Source: Phycisphaerae bacterium (GTDB taxonomy: Bacteria; Planctomycetota; Phycisphaerae; SM23-33). Taken from it: a stretch of 64,000 bases of DNA. Shown in pieces: positions 20,327-31,994 of the stretch (positions are counted from its first letter, which is position 1; every line of letters begins with the position of its first letter). The stretch covers positions 10,110 to 74,109 of the forward strand of contig JAGXKT010000007.1 in the NCBI GenBank assembly GCA_018335035.1, read 5' to 3'. A model generated the notes under the pieces. That model saw only the letters and a list, made by a program, of their open reading frames with translations, was not told where the DNA came from and did not search any database. Position numbers and translations under genes: made by a program.

Positions 20327-23197
20327 TCAATTCTCGTCGCTGCTGCCCAGCAGGTCCATGCGCATCCCGCCGAGGCGTACTTCCGGGATGCCTTCCGGCC
20401 GGAGCGTTACGGTCAGGCCGAATGTGTCTTCCCGCGCCGTCTGGTCGAACTTGAACGCGAAGCGGGCATACCACCGGGGGAACTTGCGCGTGATCGCCAG
20501 GCGCGTGGCGAGGTTGCGTTTCCCGCGGAAATCGAAGTCGTACTGCTGAAACGCCGAGACGCTGTACTTGCGGTTGATCTTGTATCGCGCCCCGACGGTT
20601 CCCACGGCTGATTCGATGTCGGGGATGATCCGCGTGCCGACGTAGTACGCCATGCGCGGGTTGCGGATGACCGAGACGCCGGCGGCGGCGCGGCCGATCT
20701 GCCCGCTGTCGACGTCGTAGTTCATGTCCGCCAGAACGGTCGTGCCGTCGGAGATGTGCCACGTGTAATCGAGGTTGATGTGGTTTCGGCCCTGGCTGTA
20801 CTCCGGTCGGTAGAGGAAGAACCGCCCGTCGGCGGGGGACAGGTCACGCCCGTTGTCGTAGACGCCGGCGACCACGCTGAGGCGCATCCAGTCCACGAGA
20901 CGCCGGTTGCCTGCGGGTCCGCGCTTCGTTTGCAGGCGCGTGTGTACGCCGGCGGACATGCCGTTTTGCCGCCGCAGGTGCTCCTCGATGTCCGGGCTCA
21001 GCGGGAACAGCTCGTTCGGGGAGGTCCCGCCCGTGTCGCCGCCGAAAACCGCCACCTCCGGGGTAATCACGTGCCGCAGCCCATGGAGGTCCCACAGTCG
21101 GCTTTGGACGTTCGGCCAGAGCTTCCAGAACGTCGTGGACGCCCGCACGCCGACCTGCCCGTAAGCGCGAAAGCCCTCGCCGTCGCGATCGTAACCGCGG
21201 GCGATGTCCGGCTCGTCGCCCCAGCACGTCAGACGCCCTACAACGTAGGGCACGACGTGGACGGGACCGAATTGCAGCGGCCAGTTCACCTCCTGCCGCG
21301 TGTCGACGCGCAGGAAGACGTCGCTGCGCTCCATTGTCGAATCGTTCGCCGGGCGATAGCGCACCAGCCCCGCCCGCGATTCGCTGAAGAAACTCAGAAG
21401 ATTCTCCAGCAGGGGCTGGCCGATCAGATGGAATGCGACGTCCGGATAGGCCTCGTTCTGCGCCTCGAAGCGGTTCAGCCGGTACTTGGCCAGGGCGGTA
21501 AACGCCCAATTGTCCACCTGCTTCTTGGTGTACAGAAGCGTTTCCTGGTCCTTGGCGGCGTAAAACTCGTCGCGCCAGTACTGCTCGAGGAAGTTGCGGT
21601 CGCAGATGTAGCTGACCTCGGCCTGAACCTCCCAGTCCTTGGGCAGGAACTCTTTGTGCCGCCACAGAATCCGGCCGCGCTGCTTCGGGGCGTCGATGTC
21701 CTCTCGTTCGTCACCGAAGTCGTCCTCGCCGCGCCCGTCGGTCAGGCCGTAGATGCGCCCGAATCCGCTATAGCGTCGCTGCCCGCTCTGGCGATCGTAG
21801 TGCCACCGCAGGCCGCCGATCAGGCCGTTTTCGTACCAGTCGAGATCCAGGTACGCCCGGACGCCGTCTGGGCGGACCAGCCCCATCAGACGGAACAGGT
21901 GCCACTCAGTCTCGACGCCGGCGCCGAAGCGTCCGTGCATGCCGGCGCTGGCGGTTCGCAGCGCGGTGTGGCCTTCGGTGATTTCGCCCCGCCACCAGGG
22001 CGACCAGGCGACGGGCACGCCGCGGACGTTGAACGTGGTGCTCCACATCCGCGCGAACCAACTGCGCTCGCCGAGACGCTCGCCCTGCTTGCCGTAGGGC
22101 GCACGGTCCATCATGTAGGCGCGGTCGGCGTGGACGGACCAGGTGGGGCTGGCGAAGTCGCTCGTCGTGACCTCGGCATCGCGGAAGTACATCTCGCGCG
22201 ACGACAGCGCACGCATTTCGGCGGCCCGCACGTAAATCGGGATGTCGCGCTGCTCCTGAACGGTCCGAAGCACGGCGTTGGGCACGTAAGCGCGATCGGT
22301 CATCAGGTCGTAATACAACTGCTCGGCGCGGATATACCGTTCGCCGCGACTCATGACGACGTCGCCGTACAGGTAGACCCCCGTGAGGTTCTCGCCGGAA
22401 AAGCCCTCGATCTCGGGCACGTACGGGCTGCGCGTGTGCTCGCTCTTGGTCCGTTTGGCGCTGAAGATGACGGCCGCCTGCCCGCGAAGCTCCAGAAACA
22501 ACTCGCCCTCGGGATGGCCTTGGCTGACGTAGACGTTTCCGCGGGCGATGGTGACGCGCTCGTCGCCCAGCCGCCGGCTGTTGACCGTATCGGCGCGGAA
22601 CTGGACCGGCAGCACAGGTCGCGGCGGCGGCAGGACGGCCGCGTCGGTCTCGGGCGTGGTGTCGGGCTGCGTCGTCGGCGCGCCCTCGGTCTCGTCCGGC
22701 CGGGTGGGCGGCGCGGGGCGCGTCGGGACGGACGCGGCATCGCCGGCCGCCCGCTGCCGCGCCGCGGCCGCACGTTCGTAGAGCGGGAAATCTGACAGCG
22801 GGCGCTGCCGCAACGGGCCGACGGCGCTGAGACGCCCTTCGTGCAGCACGTGCACGATCATGGCGTTGTCGCCGACGGGGACGCCCTCGGGCCCGGCGGC
22901 CTCAGCGGCGCCTTCCACATAGACGGTCATCTCGTGCCGTTCGGCGCCGCGGGCGTGCCGCGTGTTGACCCACAATACGGCGTCGCGCCCCGACAGGCGG
23001 TGCTTGCCCATCCGAAGCTCGAAACCGCCCAGAACGATCGTCACGGCCCGATTGTCACCGCCCGTGAAGGTGTAAATCGCCCGCCCGTGGATTTGCGCGT
23101 CCTCGTAAATGCACTGAGGCGGCTCGGCGGCCGGCGTTGCCGGCACGACCGCGAACACTGCCGCAAGCGCCGCGATGACACGGATTGTCGCCTTCAT
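20327..23197 (-). CDS. Large outer-membrane protein, LptD/OstA-like (tentative)
   Basis: 956 aa. Signal peptide MKATIRVIAALAAVFAVVPATPAA. Two OstA-N-like beta-jellyroll segments are followed by a long stretch rich in alternating aromatic and Gly residues, typical of a large beta-barrel. Good AAGGAG Shine-Dalgarno sequence. Confidence 0.45.
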   Translation of the reverse strand: MKATIRVIAALAAVFAVVPATPAAEPPQCIYEDAQIHGRAIYTFTGGDNRAVTIVLGGFELRMGKHRLSGRDAVLWVNTRHARGAERHEMTVYVEGAAEAAGPEGVPVGDNAMIVHVLHEGRLSAVGPLRQRPLSDFPLYERAAAARQRAAGDAASVPTRPAPPTRPDETEGAPTTQPDTTPETDAAVLPPPRPVLPVQFRADTVNSRRLGDERVTIARGNVYVSQGHPEGELFLELRGQAAVIFSAKRTKSEHTRSPYVPEIEGFSGENLTGVYLYGDVVMSRGERYIRAEQLYYDLMTDRAYVPNAVLRTVQEQRDIPIYVRAAEMRALSSREMYFRDAEVTTSDFASPTWSVHADRAYMMDRAPYGKQGERLGERSWFARMWSTTFNVRGVPVAWSPWWRGEITEGHTALRTASAGMHGRFGAGVETEWHLFRLMGLVRPDGVRAYLDLDWYENGLIGGLRWHYDRQSGQRRYSGFGRIYGLTDGRGEDDFGDEREDIDAPKQRGRILWRHKEFLPKDWEVQAEVSYICDRNFLEQYWRDEFYAAKDQETLLYTKKQVDNWAFTALAKYRLNRFEAQNEAYPDVAFHLIGQPLLENLLSFFSESRAGLVRYRPANDSTMERSDVFLRVDTRQEVNWPLQFGPVHVVPYVVGRLTCWGDEPDIARGYDRDGEGFRAYGQVGVRASTTFWKLWPNVQSRLWDLHGLRHVITPEVAVFGGDTGGTSPNELFPLSPDIEEHLRRQNGMSAGVHTRLQTKRGPAGNRRLVDWMRLSVVAGVYDNGRDLSPADGRFFLYRPEYSQGRNHINLDYTWHISDGTTVLADMNYDVDSGQIGRAAAGVSVIRNPRMAYYVGTRIIPDIESAVGTVGARYKINRKYSVSAFQQYDFDFRGKRNLATRLAITRKFPRWYARFAFKFDQTAREDTFGLTVTLRPEGIPEVRLGGMRMDLLGSSDEN

Positions 23198-23397
23198 GGA
23201 GCTCCTTGGAGACGTGGCCGCGTGCTCAACGCGCGCAACGCCTTTCGGCGGGCGATTATAGATGCCCCCGGGGGCAAGTCAAACGTTCTCTACGACGGTT
23301 GGCGGCAGTCGGTTGTCCGTAGCCGGTGCCCGCTTACGCTACGGGCGGCGGCGTACCGGCTGCTTGACCACAGCCCACCGGCTACGGGCCACTGTCG

Positions 23398-23967
23398 TCA
23401 CCGGTAGAAGCTGGTCCGCACGCCGTCGGTCAGCGTCGGCCCGCGACGGTTGAGCCGGGCACGCTCCACCAGCAACCAGATCAGGAACGTCACCCACAGC
23501 AGTACCGCGATGGCCACCACCACCGGAAGCGAGATGGCGCGGATCTGCTCCCATGTCGTCGGGGCCTGGTCGATGACGTCAGGGGGAACGACATGTGGCT
23601 GATAAGCGGCCCACCCAACCAGCACGGCGCCGAGGGCCGCGACGATGACCTGGCAGACGGCCGAGACCCACGCCCACGAGATGCGGGCCCGCTGGCGGCT
23701 GCTGCGGACAACCAGGAACAGCGACAGCGCCAGCCACGCCAGCCCGACCAGGTCGATCAGAATCCCGCCGTTGACGAAGACGAGTTTGACCCAGCGTGCA
23801 TCGGCCGGCAGAGAGAATCCCTCCTCAATGGCGGCGATCTTGAACAGCTCCTGAACCAGCCGCCGGCTGACACCGGCGACCAGCGCCCAGACAAGATAGG
23901 CGATGCCCGCGAAGGACAGCGCCAAGCCCACGTCGAGCCGTGTTGTGCGTTTGAGCCGTCCGAGCAT
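23398..23967 (-). CDS. Small integral membrane protein, unknown function (4 predicted TM helices)
   Basis: Internal ATG at 23967 (MLGRLKRTTRLDVGLALSFAGIAYLVWALV..). The upstream track extension would overlap the pyrE promoter region and is Arg/Cys-rich. Confidence 0.6.
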   Translation of the reverse strand: MLGRLKRTTRLDVGLALSFAGIAYLVWALVAGVSRRLVQELFKIAAIEEGFSLPADARWVKLVFVNGGILIDLVGLAWLALSLFLVVRSSRQRARISWAWVSAVCQVIVAALGAVLVGWAAYQPHVVPPDVIDQAPTTWEQIRAISLPVVVAIAVLLWVTFLIWLLVERARLNRRGPTLTDGVRTSFYR

Positions 23968-24082
23968 GGCATCATTACACCACTCGCCGCCGGGCGATAC
24001 AAGCCCTTCGCCGGCGCGCGGGCGCTTGCCAAGCCGCCCGCGGCGTGGTAGGCAAGCGGTCCAAGCTACACAGGAGCGCACC

Positions 24083-24604
24083 ATGGAAAAAGATGATCTG
24101 GCCCGACGCATCCGCGAGGCGGCCTACCTGGAGGGCGACTTCGTGCTCCGCAGCGGGCGGCGCAGCAAGTACTACCTGGACAAGTACCTGTTCGCCGCCC
24201 GCCCGGACATCCTCGCCGAACTGGCCCGCCGCTTTGCCGAGCGCCTTGGCGACGCCGAACTGATCGCCGGGGCCGAACTGGGCGCCGTGTCGCTGGCGGC
24301 CGCGACGTCCCTGGCGGCGGGCACGCCGTTTGTGATCGTCCGCAAGGCCGCCAAGGGCTACGGCACGGACAAGCAGATCGAGGGCCCGGACGTCGCCGGG
24401 CGGCGCGTGATGCTTGTCGAGGACATCGGCACCACGGCCGGTGCGGCACTCGAGGCGGCACGGGTACTTGAGGACGCCGGTGCTACGGTTACGCAGATCG
24501 TCTTCGCCGTGGACCGCCGGGAAGGCGCCGGCGAGAACGTCGAGGCGGCCGGCTACGCGTTTGACGCGATGCTGACGCGCGACGACATCGAGCGCGCGGG
24601 CTAA
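24083..24604 (+). CDS. pyrE: Orotate phosphoribosyltransferase
   Basis: Internal ATG gives MEKDDLARRIREAAYLEGDFVLRSGRRSKYYLDKYLF. PRPP-binding loop VMLVEDIGTTAG. Confidence 0.9.
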   Translation: MEKDDLARRIREAAYLEGDFVLRSGRRSKYYLDKYLFAARPDILAELARRFAERLGDAELIAGAELGAVSLAAATSLAAGTPFVIVRKAAKGYGTDKQIEGPDVAGRRVMLVEDIGTTAGAALEAARVLEDAGATVTQIVFAVDRREGAGENVEAAGYAFDAMLTRDDIERAG

Positions 24605-24650
24605 TTGTCGCAACGGCCGCGCCGCCGCGGCGCGCGTCATGGCGATCCGG

Positions 24651-25094
24651 TCAATACCACACCATCACCAGCAGGTTCGGCTCGGGGCGTTTGCCTTCCA
24701 TCGTGCCGATGACATGCCCGACGTGCTTGACCTCGATCTGCTCGTCGTCGAGCCAGTCGTTGATGCTGTCCTGCAGGTGCTCCAGGGGCGTCTCGGCGAT
24801 CTTGCTATGGAAGAGGCGGCAGCGCGTCGCGCCCTGTCCGGTGACGTTGAGGGGGCGCTTGTACTGCTTGCTCTGTTTGGCGTGGCCGCCGGCCGCGGCG
24901 CCAAACGCCCGCACCTGCCCCTCGGACGACCCCGGCTCGCCCCCTTCGACCAGGCGGATGGGCTCGTCGTCATTGGGCGTCTCGTCCGGAGGGGGCGCCT
25001 CGTCGCCGCCTTCGAGTGTAATGGGTTCATCCTGATCGTCGCCGACGGAGGTGTCGGCCCGCCCCCCCTGGCTGAACGGTTCGTCCTTTGCCAT
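24651..25094 (-). CDS. Hypothetical protein: acidic, Pro-rich N-terminal half and a conserved-looking C-terminal domain
   Basis: 147 aa from internal ATG 25094 (MAKDEPFSQGG..). The C-terminus is ..RCRLFHSKIAETPLEHLQDSINDWLDDEQIEVKHVGHVIGTMEGKRPEPNLLVMVWY. The rest of track ORF 24651..26378 is antisense to the hydrolase gene. Confidence 0.55.
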   Translation of the reverse strand: MAKDEPFSQGGRADTSVGDDQDEPITLEGGDEAPPPDETPNDDEPIRLVEGGEPGSSEGQVRAFGAAAGGHAKQSKQYKRPLNVTGQGATRCRLFHSKIAETPLEHLQDSINDWLDDEQIEVKHVGHVIGTMEGKRPEPNLLVMVWY

Positions 25095-25265
25095 GATTGG
25101 ACTCCCGAGTTTGATCTGCAATTTATGTGAGAAACTGAGACGCGGTCGGCTATTATAGGCGGCCCGGCCCGCGTGGGTCAACGAGCACGAACCGTCAACA
25201 GGGCGGGGCGTCGTGAAGCGAAGCATGCCCGACGCCACGGACGACGCCGTGACATCGCAACCTGC

Positions 25266-26453
25266 ATGCCTATGAGTCTTCTCGCTCGACAGAAGGACAA
25301 GCTGCTGATTCTGGGGGCATTCCTCCTCGCCGTCGGCGGCGTGGTCGCCTTGCAGTTGCTCGGTGGCAGCGGCGGCGAACCCGCCGGCACGCAGCGCCCG
25401 CCGGTGATTGCCTCCCAGCCACGGGAGTTTCTGGGGGTGTCGCTTCAGATGCATCACCCCGAGCACACCCACCCGTATGAGAAAATCGTCCGGGAGATCG
25501 CCCGGCGCACCAGAGCCAACACGCTGGCACTGGTCGTGCACGGTCATCAGGAGGACGCCACCGCCACCAGCATCATGATCGACTTGCGCAAGAACCCTTC
25601 GGATCACCGGCTCCGCGAGGTGATCCGCTACGCGCGGTCGGACGATTCCGCCAACGGCAAGCCGCCGATGAAGGTCGTGCTCATGCCCATCGTGTTGCTG
25701 GAGAACCCCAAGCACAACGAGTGGCGCGGCGAAATCGCGCCGTCCGACTGGGACGCGTGGTGGGCGGACTACAATGCGCTGGTTCTCCATTACGCGAAGA
25801 TCGCCCAGCAGACCGGCGTGGAGGTGCTGATGATCGGCTCGGAGTTGATCTCCACGGAGAAGCCGCAGGCCGCACGCTGGCGCAAGCTCGCCGAAAAGGT
25901 TCGCGCCGTCTACAAAGGCCGGCTCGGCTACTCGGCCAACTGGGACCATTACCAGGCGATCGGCTGGTGGGACGCACTGGACGTGATCGGCATGACCACC
26001 TACCACGATCTGACGGGGGGCAAGGAGCCCACCGTCGAACGGATGGTCAAGGCGTGGAAGCCGATCAAGGCCGAAATTCTCCGCTGGCGCGAGAAGCATC
26101 ATCCGCATCACCCGATTCTCTTCACGGAAGTCGGCTGGCCGAACCAGGAGACCTGCGGGCAGTATCCGTGGGACTACTACCGGGCGCAGGACAAGCCGGC
26201 TCCCGAGGCCCAGGCCAATTGCTTCCAGGCCTTCTTTGAGACGTGGAAGGACACGCCGCACGTTGCGGGGTATCTCGTCTGGGAATGGCGCACCGCCCCG
26301 TGGCACGGGACGGACCCCGAGACCGATACCGGGTACGTCCCCATGGACAAGCCCGCCGAGACGGTCATCCGAGAGCATTTCCGCGCGGCGCGCCGCAAGG
26401 CGGCGCGCACCCGGCCGGGCAGTCGCCCCGCGACTCGCCCGGTCGACCGATAG
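25266..26453 (+). CDS. Membrane-anchored TIM-barrel glycoside hydrolase-like protein (GH113 / clan GH-A-like)
   Basis: N-terminal TM helix (LLILGAFLLAVGGVVAL). Pattern ..WRGEI..DWDAWWADYNALVLHYAKIAQQTGVEVLMIGSELIS..YKGRLGYSANW..WWDALDVIGMTTYH..LFTEVGWP.. matches the family often annotated as 1,4-beta-xylanase/GH113. Confidence 0.6.
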   Translation: MPMSLLARQKDKLLILGAFLLAVGGVVALQLLGGSGGEPAGTQRPPVIASQPREFLGVSLQMHHPEHTHPYEKIVREIARRTRANTLALVVHGHQEDATATSIMIDLRKNPSDHRLREVIRYARSDDSANGKPPMKVVLMPIVLLENPKHNEWRGEIAPSDWDAWWADYNALVLHYAKIAQQTGVEVLMIGSELISTEKPQAARWRKLAEKVRAVYKGRLGYSANWDHYQAIGWWDALDVIGMTTYHDLTGGKEPTVERMVKAWKPIKAEILRWREKHHPHHPILFTEVGWPNQETCGQYPWDYYRAQDKPAPEAQANCFQAFFETWKDTPHVAGYLVWEWRTAPWHGTDPETDTGYVPMDKPAETVIREHFRAARRKAARTRPGSRPATRPVDR

Positions 26454-26537
26454 GCCCGCTGCGGGCGTTGGCCCGCGCCCCCCGCGTGCCGTACAATGAG
26501 GGACTGCTCCGCGCCGGCGCGGGGCGGAAAGGCATCC

Positions 26538-28520
<1,983 letters not shown>

Positions 28521-28592
28521 CGCCGTGGGTTGAGGTATGTGACACGGTTGGCCGGCGTCCGGGCGGTTCAGCAACAGTGACGGACAAACCTG

Positions 28593-29471
28593 ATGCCATT
28601 GAAGGCCGACAAGACGGCGTACATTCACGGCATTCGCGACCGCGAGTTCGGCGCGATTTTCGGCCGGTGCGCGGCGGGCACTTTCGCACGGGCGCTGGAG
28701 CTCGGCGCCGGCGACGGGTACGTCAGCACGCTGCTGGCGCCGCTGTGCGGGCGGCTGGTCTGCACGGACATCAACGACCACCGCCTCCGGCGGCGCGACG
28801 TGCCCAACGCCGAGTACCGCGTCTGCGACGCCGAGCAGGTCGGCGAGGCGTTCGATGGTGAGCAATTTGACCTGATCTTCTCGTCCAATCTGCTCGAGCA
28901 TCTGCCGGACCCGGATCGCGCCCTGGACGGCATGCAGCGGCTGCTGTGCGACGACGGCGTGGCCGTCCACGTGTTGCCCAACCGCTGGTGGAAGCTCGTG
29001 ACCGTCGCGCTGCACGCGCCCAACAAGATCGCCAAGACGCTCGACCGTTGGCTGTTCGCGCGATCGACCCGTCGCGATAAGACCCCCAGGCCTTATACGG
29101 GCAACAACCCGAAGAAGCGCGCCCGGCGTCAGTTCTTCCTGGCCAAGCCGTTTGTCCCGCGTGTTCACGGCGCGTCGCGCACGACGGTAGGGGAGTTCGT
29201 CGCGTTCGGTGTGCGCCGTTGGCGGCGCCGGTTCGAAAGGGCGGGGTTGGAGGTGCTGGCCATCCGCCCGGCGTGCTTCAGCAGCGGCTACGGGTTCGAC
29301 CGCCCGGGCCTGCGGCGGGCGATGGAGCGCCTGGGGATTCATACGTGCACGGCCTTCGTGCTGGCCCATCGCGGTCGGCGCCCGCCTGCGGCCGAGATGC
29401 TGTTGCGCCAAGGGCGACGCTACAGGTCCGCCAGCGCGGCGGCGATAAAGTCCTCGAACGTTCGCCGGTAG
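28593..29471 (+). CDS. Class I SAM-dependent methyltransferase
   Basis: 292 aa. SAM motif I ALELGAGDGYV, then CTDIND and IFSSNLLEHLPDP. The 3' end overlaps the convergent pyruvyl-transferase gene by 52 nt. Confidence 0.8.
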   Translation: MPLKADKTAYIHGIRDREFGAIFGRCAAGTFARALELGAGDGYVSTLLAPLCGRLVCTDINDHRLRRRDVPNAEYRVCDAEQVGEAFDGEQFDLIFSSNLLEHLPDPDRALDGMQRLLCDDGVAVHVLPNRWWKLVTVALHAPNKIAKTLDRWLFARSTRRDKTPRPYTGNNPKKRARRQFFLAKPFVPRVHGASRTTVGEFVAFGVRRWRRRFERAGLEVLAIRPACFSSGYGFDRPGLRRAMERLGIHTCTAFVLAHRGRRPPAAEMLLRQGRRYRSASAAAIKSSNVRR

Positions 29472-30481
29472 GCGTCGCGCAGGCGGAAGTACTCGACCAG
29501 CGGTTCGCGGTCGCCGCGATGGCTCTTGGCCATGGCGTCAGCGACATCGGAGCGCACCGTGCGTCCTGTGGCGTCGATCATGACGTCGGCGGCGTTGTAG
29601 GTCTCGGCGAATGCCCAGGCCCGCATGTCGAACGCCAGCGGCACGAACGGCGTGCCCAGCCCAAGGCAGATCACGCACGCGTGCAGGCGAAAGCCCAACA
29701 CCCGGTCCGCCCGCTCGTACAGGTCGTAATAGTCGTCCGCCTTGTCCGAGCAAAACGTCTCGGCGCCGTCGCCGGCCAGTGCCTCGGCCGCGGGTCGGTC
29801 GCGGGCGTCGTGGCAGGCCAGCACGACACGCTCACCCCGTCTGCGACCCTCGACGATCACGTCGCGGATCGTCGACAGAAGGCGCCGTCGCAGCAGGACG
29901 CCTTTCTTGAGCTTGTCGCGCGACGGCATGGCCACGACCGTCAGGCCGTTCGAACGGAACGCCAGCGGCCTGTCGAACAGGAACGTCGCCGGGCAGCCCG
30001 TCAGCACGGCGTCGTCGACGCCGATTTCTTTCAGGAATCGCAGCGACAGGCCGTCCCGCACGGATGACGCACGGGCCTTGGCGTTCAGGCGGCGGATTTC
30101 GTCGGCCGTCCGGTGCGAGGGGGCGTGACGCCGTCGTCGATGGCTCGACCCGGCGCCCAGTCCGATCATCACCACCGGCACGTCGATCCGGTCGATGCTG
30201 TCGCTATCCGTAAACACGCCCCAGCGCCCGCTGCTTCGGCACTCATACAGGTTTGAGCCGCCGACGATCACCAAATCCGCCTCGCGCAGACTGCGCTGGA
30301 GGTTGGCGTCGCACAGGCCGATCGGGTAGGCGGCGTCCTTGGGCCCGTTGACGGCCAGGTCGCAGAACCCAGCGTCGGGCCGCACCTGCCGAACCGCGCG
30401 GCGGATGCCGTCACGCACGAACCAGTCGCCGATGTTGGTGCTCGTCGGGAAGTAGTGGTGTATGTTCACGGTCGCATGCAA
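29420..30481 (-). CDS. Polysaccharide pyruvyl transferase family protein
   Basis: 353 aa. Shows N-terminal ..STNIGDWFV.., then VIVGGSNLY, a pattern typical of the CsaB/WcaK-type PS_pyruv_trans family. The start is uncertain (TTG 30481 or GTG 30469). Confidence 0.7.
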   Translation of the reverse strand: MHATVNIHHYFPTSTNIGDWFVRDGIRRAVRQVRPDAGFCDLAVNGPKDAAYPIGLCDANLQRSLREADLVIVGGSNLYECRSSGRWGVFTDSDSIDRIDVPVVMIGLGAGSSHRRRRHAPSHRTADEIRRLNAKARASSVRDGLSLRFLKEIGVDDAVLTGCPATFLFDRPLAFRSNGLTVVAMPSRDKLKKGVLLRRRLLSTIRDVIVEGRRRGERVVLACHDARDRPAAEALAGDGAETFCSDKADDYYDLYERADRVLGFRLHACVICLGLGTPFVPLAFDMRAWAFAETYNAADVMIDATGRTVRSDVADAMAKSHRGDREPLVEYFRLRDAYRRTFEDFIAAALADL

Positions 30482-30778
30482 GCCCGGACACTCGGCCGCG
30501 CGGGCCTATCTTCTAGTCGGTCACCGGCGACGAATCAACCGCCGGGCGCGCTTGCCGACGAGCTTGACACGGTCGAGTTCGCCTATGCCTTGCGCCAGAG
30601 GCGGTAGTCCCTGCTGCACGGGGCGTCGGAGACGCCCGTGGCACGCAACGTTGGCGTCGTCTCGGGAACCCCGTCGGCTGGGCGCCAGTCGTGCGCCAGA
30701 AGTTGCAGGGCAGGCGTCTCGCCTGTCGGCAACGCGCGCAGTCTCGCCAGTCACTTCACTGTCCGGTACGATGGCGGC

Positions 30779-31663
30779 ATGACCACACGGCGGGCGTGTT
30801 GCTATTGCGGGGCGGAAGGCGAGGCGGCGGAGCATGCGGCCGTGGCGTCTAACGTCCGCCGGTGGGGCGGGCGGCGGTTCGGCGTCTGGCGGTGCGGCGC
30901 GTGCGGGTCGATTCACGCGGCCGAGGAGGCCGACCTCGACGACATCTATTGCGGCTACCCGTTCCAGAATCAGAAGCTCGGCTACGCCCTGCGGCGGTGC
31001 TACGGCGTATTGCTGCGGCGTCTGCGACGCGCGGGGCTGGACCGCGACGACAGCGTGCTGGACTACGGCTGCGGCAGCGGGCACCTGGTAAGACATCTGC
31101 GGCAGAGTGGCTACGCCCGCGCGGCCGGGTACGACGCCTACACGCCCGGCTGGGATGCCCCCGACGCGCTGGCGGGCCGGTACGCTTGGGTGCTCGCCCA
31201 GGACCTCATCGAGCACGCCGAGGCGCCGGTCGACATGCTCCGGACACTCGGCGAACTGGCTCAGCCCGGCGGGCGCGTCGTGATCGGCGCGCCCAACGCC
31301 GCCGGCATCGACCTGCGCCGCCCGGGGCGCGATCGCCACTCGCTCCATCAGCCGTACCACCGGCACATCCCCTCGCGGAGGGCGCTTGTTGCCGCGTCGG
31401 AGCGGCTGGGCTGGCGCCTCGAGCGGTTCTGGCGCACCCCGTATACCAATACGCCGCATCCGTTTCTTAACACGCGCTTCTTACTGCACTACTTCCGCTG
31501 TTTTGATGACACGGTGGACGTGGCCTTCGAGGCCTCGGCCCCGTTGACCGGCCGACTGGCCACGCCGGCGACGCTGATCCTGGGCTTTCTGGGCGCCCTG
31601 GGGTGTCCGCCGACGGAGATGCAGGCGATTTTCCGCACGCCGGAAGCCGGTGAGGCATCATGA
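30779..31663 (+). CDS. SAM-dependent methyltransferase with an N-terminal CxxC..CxxC zinc ribbon
   Basis: Internal ATG gives MTTRRACCYCG...WRCGACGSIHA. SAM motif VLDYGCGSGHLV, then VLAQDLIEHAEAP. Confidence 0.8.
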   Translation: MTTRRACCYCGAEGEAAEHAAVASNVRRWGGRRFGVWRCGACGSIHAAEEADLDDIYCGYPFQNQKLGYALRRCYGVLLRRLRRAGLDRDDSVLDYGCGSGHLVRHLRQSGYARAAGYDAYTPGWDAPDALAGRYAWVLAQDLIEHAEAPVDMLRTLGELAQPGGRVVIGAPNAAGIDLRRPGRDRHSLHQPYHRHIPSRRALVAASERLGWRLERFWRTPYTNTPHPFLNTRFLLHYFRCFDDTVDVAFEASAPLTGRLATPATLILGFLGALGCPPTEMQAIFRTPEAGEAS

Positions 31664-31914
31664 ACGACTTGGGCGACACCGATGCACCGGGCCCGGACGA
31701 GATCGACGCCGACCTGCTCGATAACGAGGCAGCGAGCGAGACGCTGCGCTGCCCGTCCTGTGGCGCCGAGATCTACGCCGACAGCGAACGCTGTCCGTAT
31801 TGCGGCTGCTACCTGACCGTCGACGCCCGCACACGCTCGGGCGCGACGGGCTGGCTGTGGGCGCTTTTTGCCGTCGCCGCCATGGTGGCGCTGATCCTGC
31901 TGGCGACGCGTTGA
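31660..31914 (+). CDS. Small zinc-ribbon membrane protein
   Basis: 84 aa. ATGA overlap with the upstream gene. Acidic N-terminus, CPSCG..CPYCG zinc ribbon and a C-terminal TM helix WLWALFAVAAMVALILLA. Confidence 0.6.
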   Translation: MNDLGDTDAPGPDEIDADLLDNEAASETLRCPSCGAEIYADSERCPYCGCYLTVDARTRSGATGWLWALFAVAAMVALILLATR

Positions 31915-31994
31915 CAGACGCCGCGATGTCCGTAATGCGTTGATTCCATGGACTTACCCCGCGCGGGACGTAGAATGGACTTTTCGCGGGGGTA

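Noticed and set aside
25095-26378. Upstream 430 aa of track ORF 24651..26378 (minus)
   Set aside because: It is antisense to the well-supported GH-like gene (25266-26453) and has Arg/Pro/Gly/Val-dominated composition. Only the 3'-terminal 147 codons look like a real gene.
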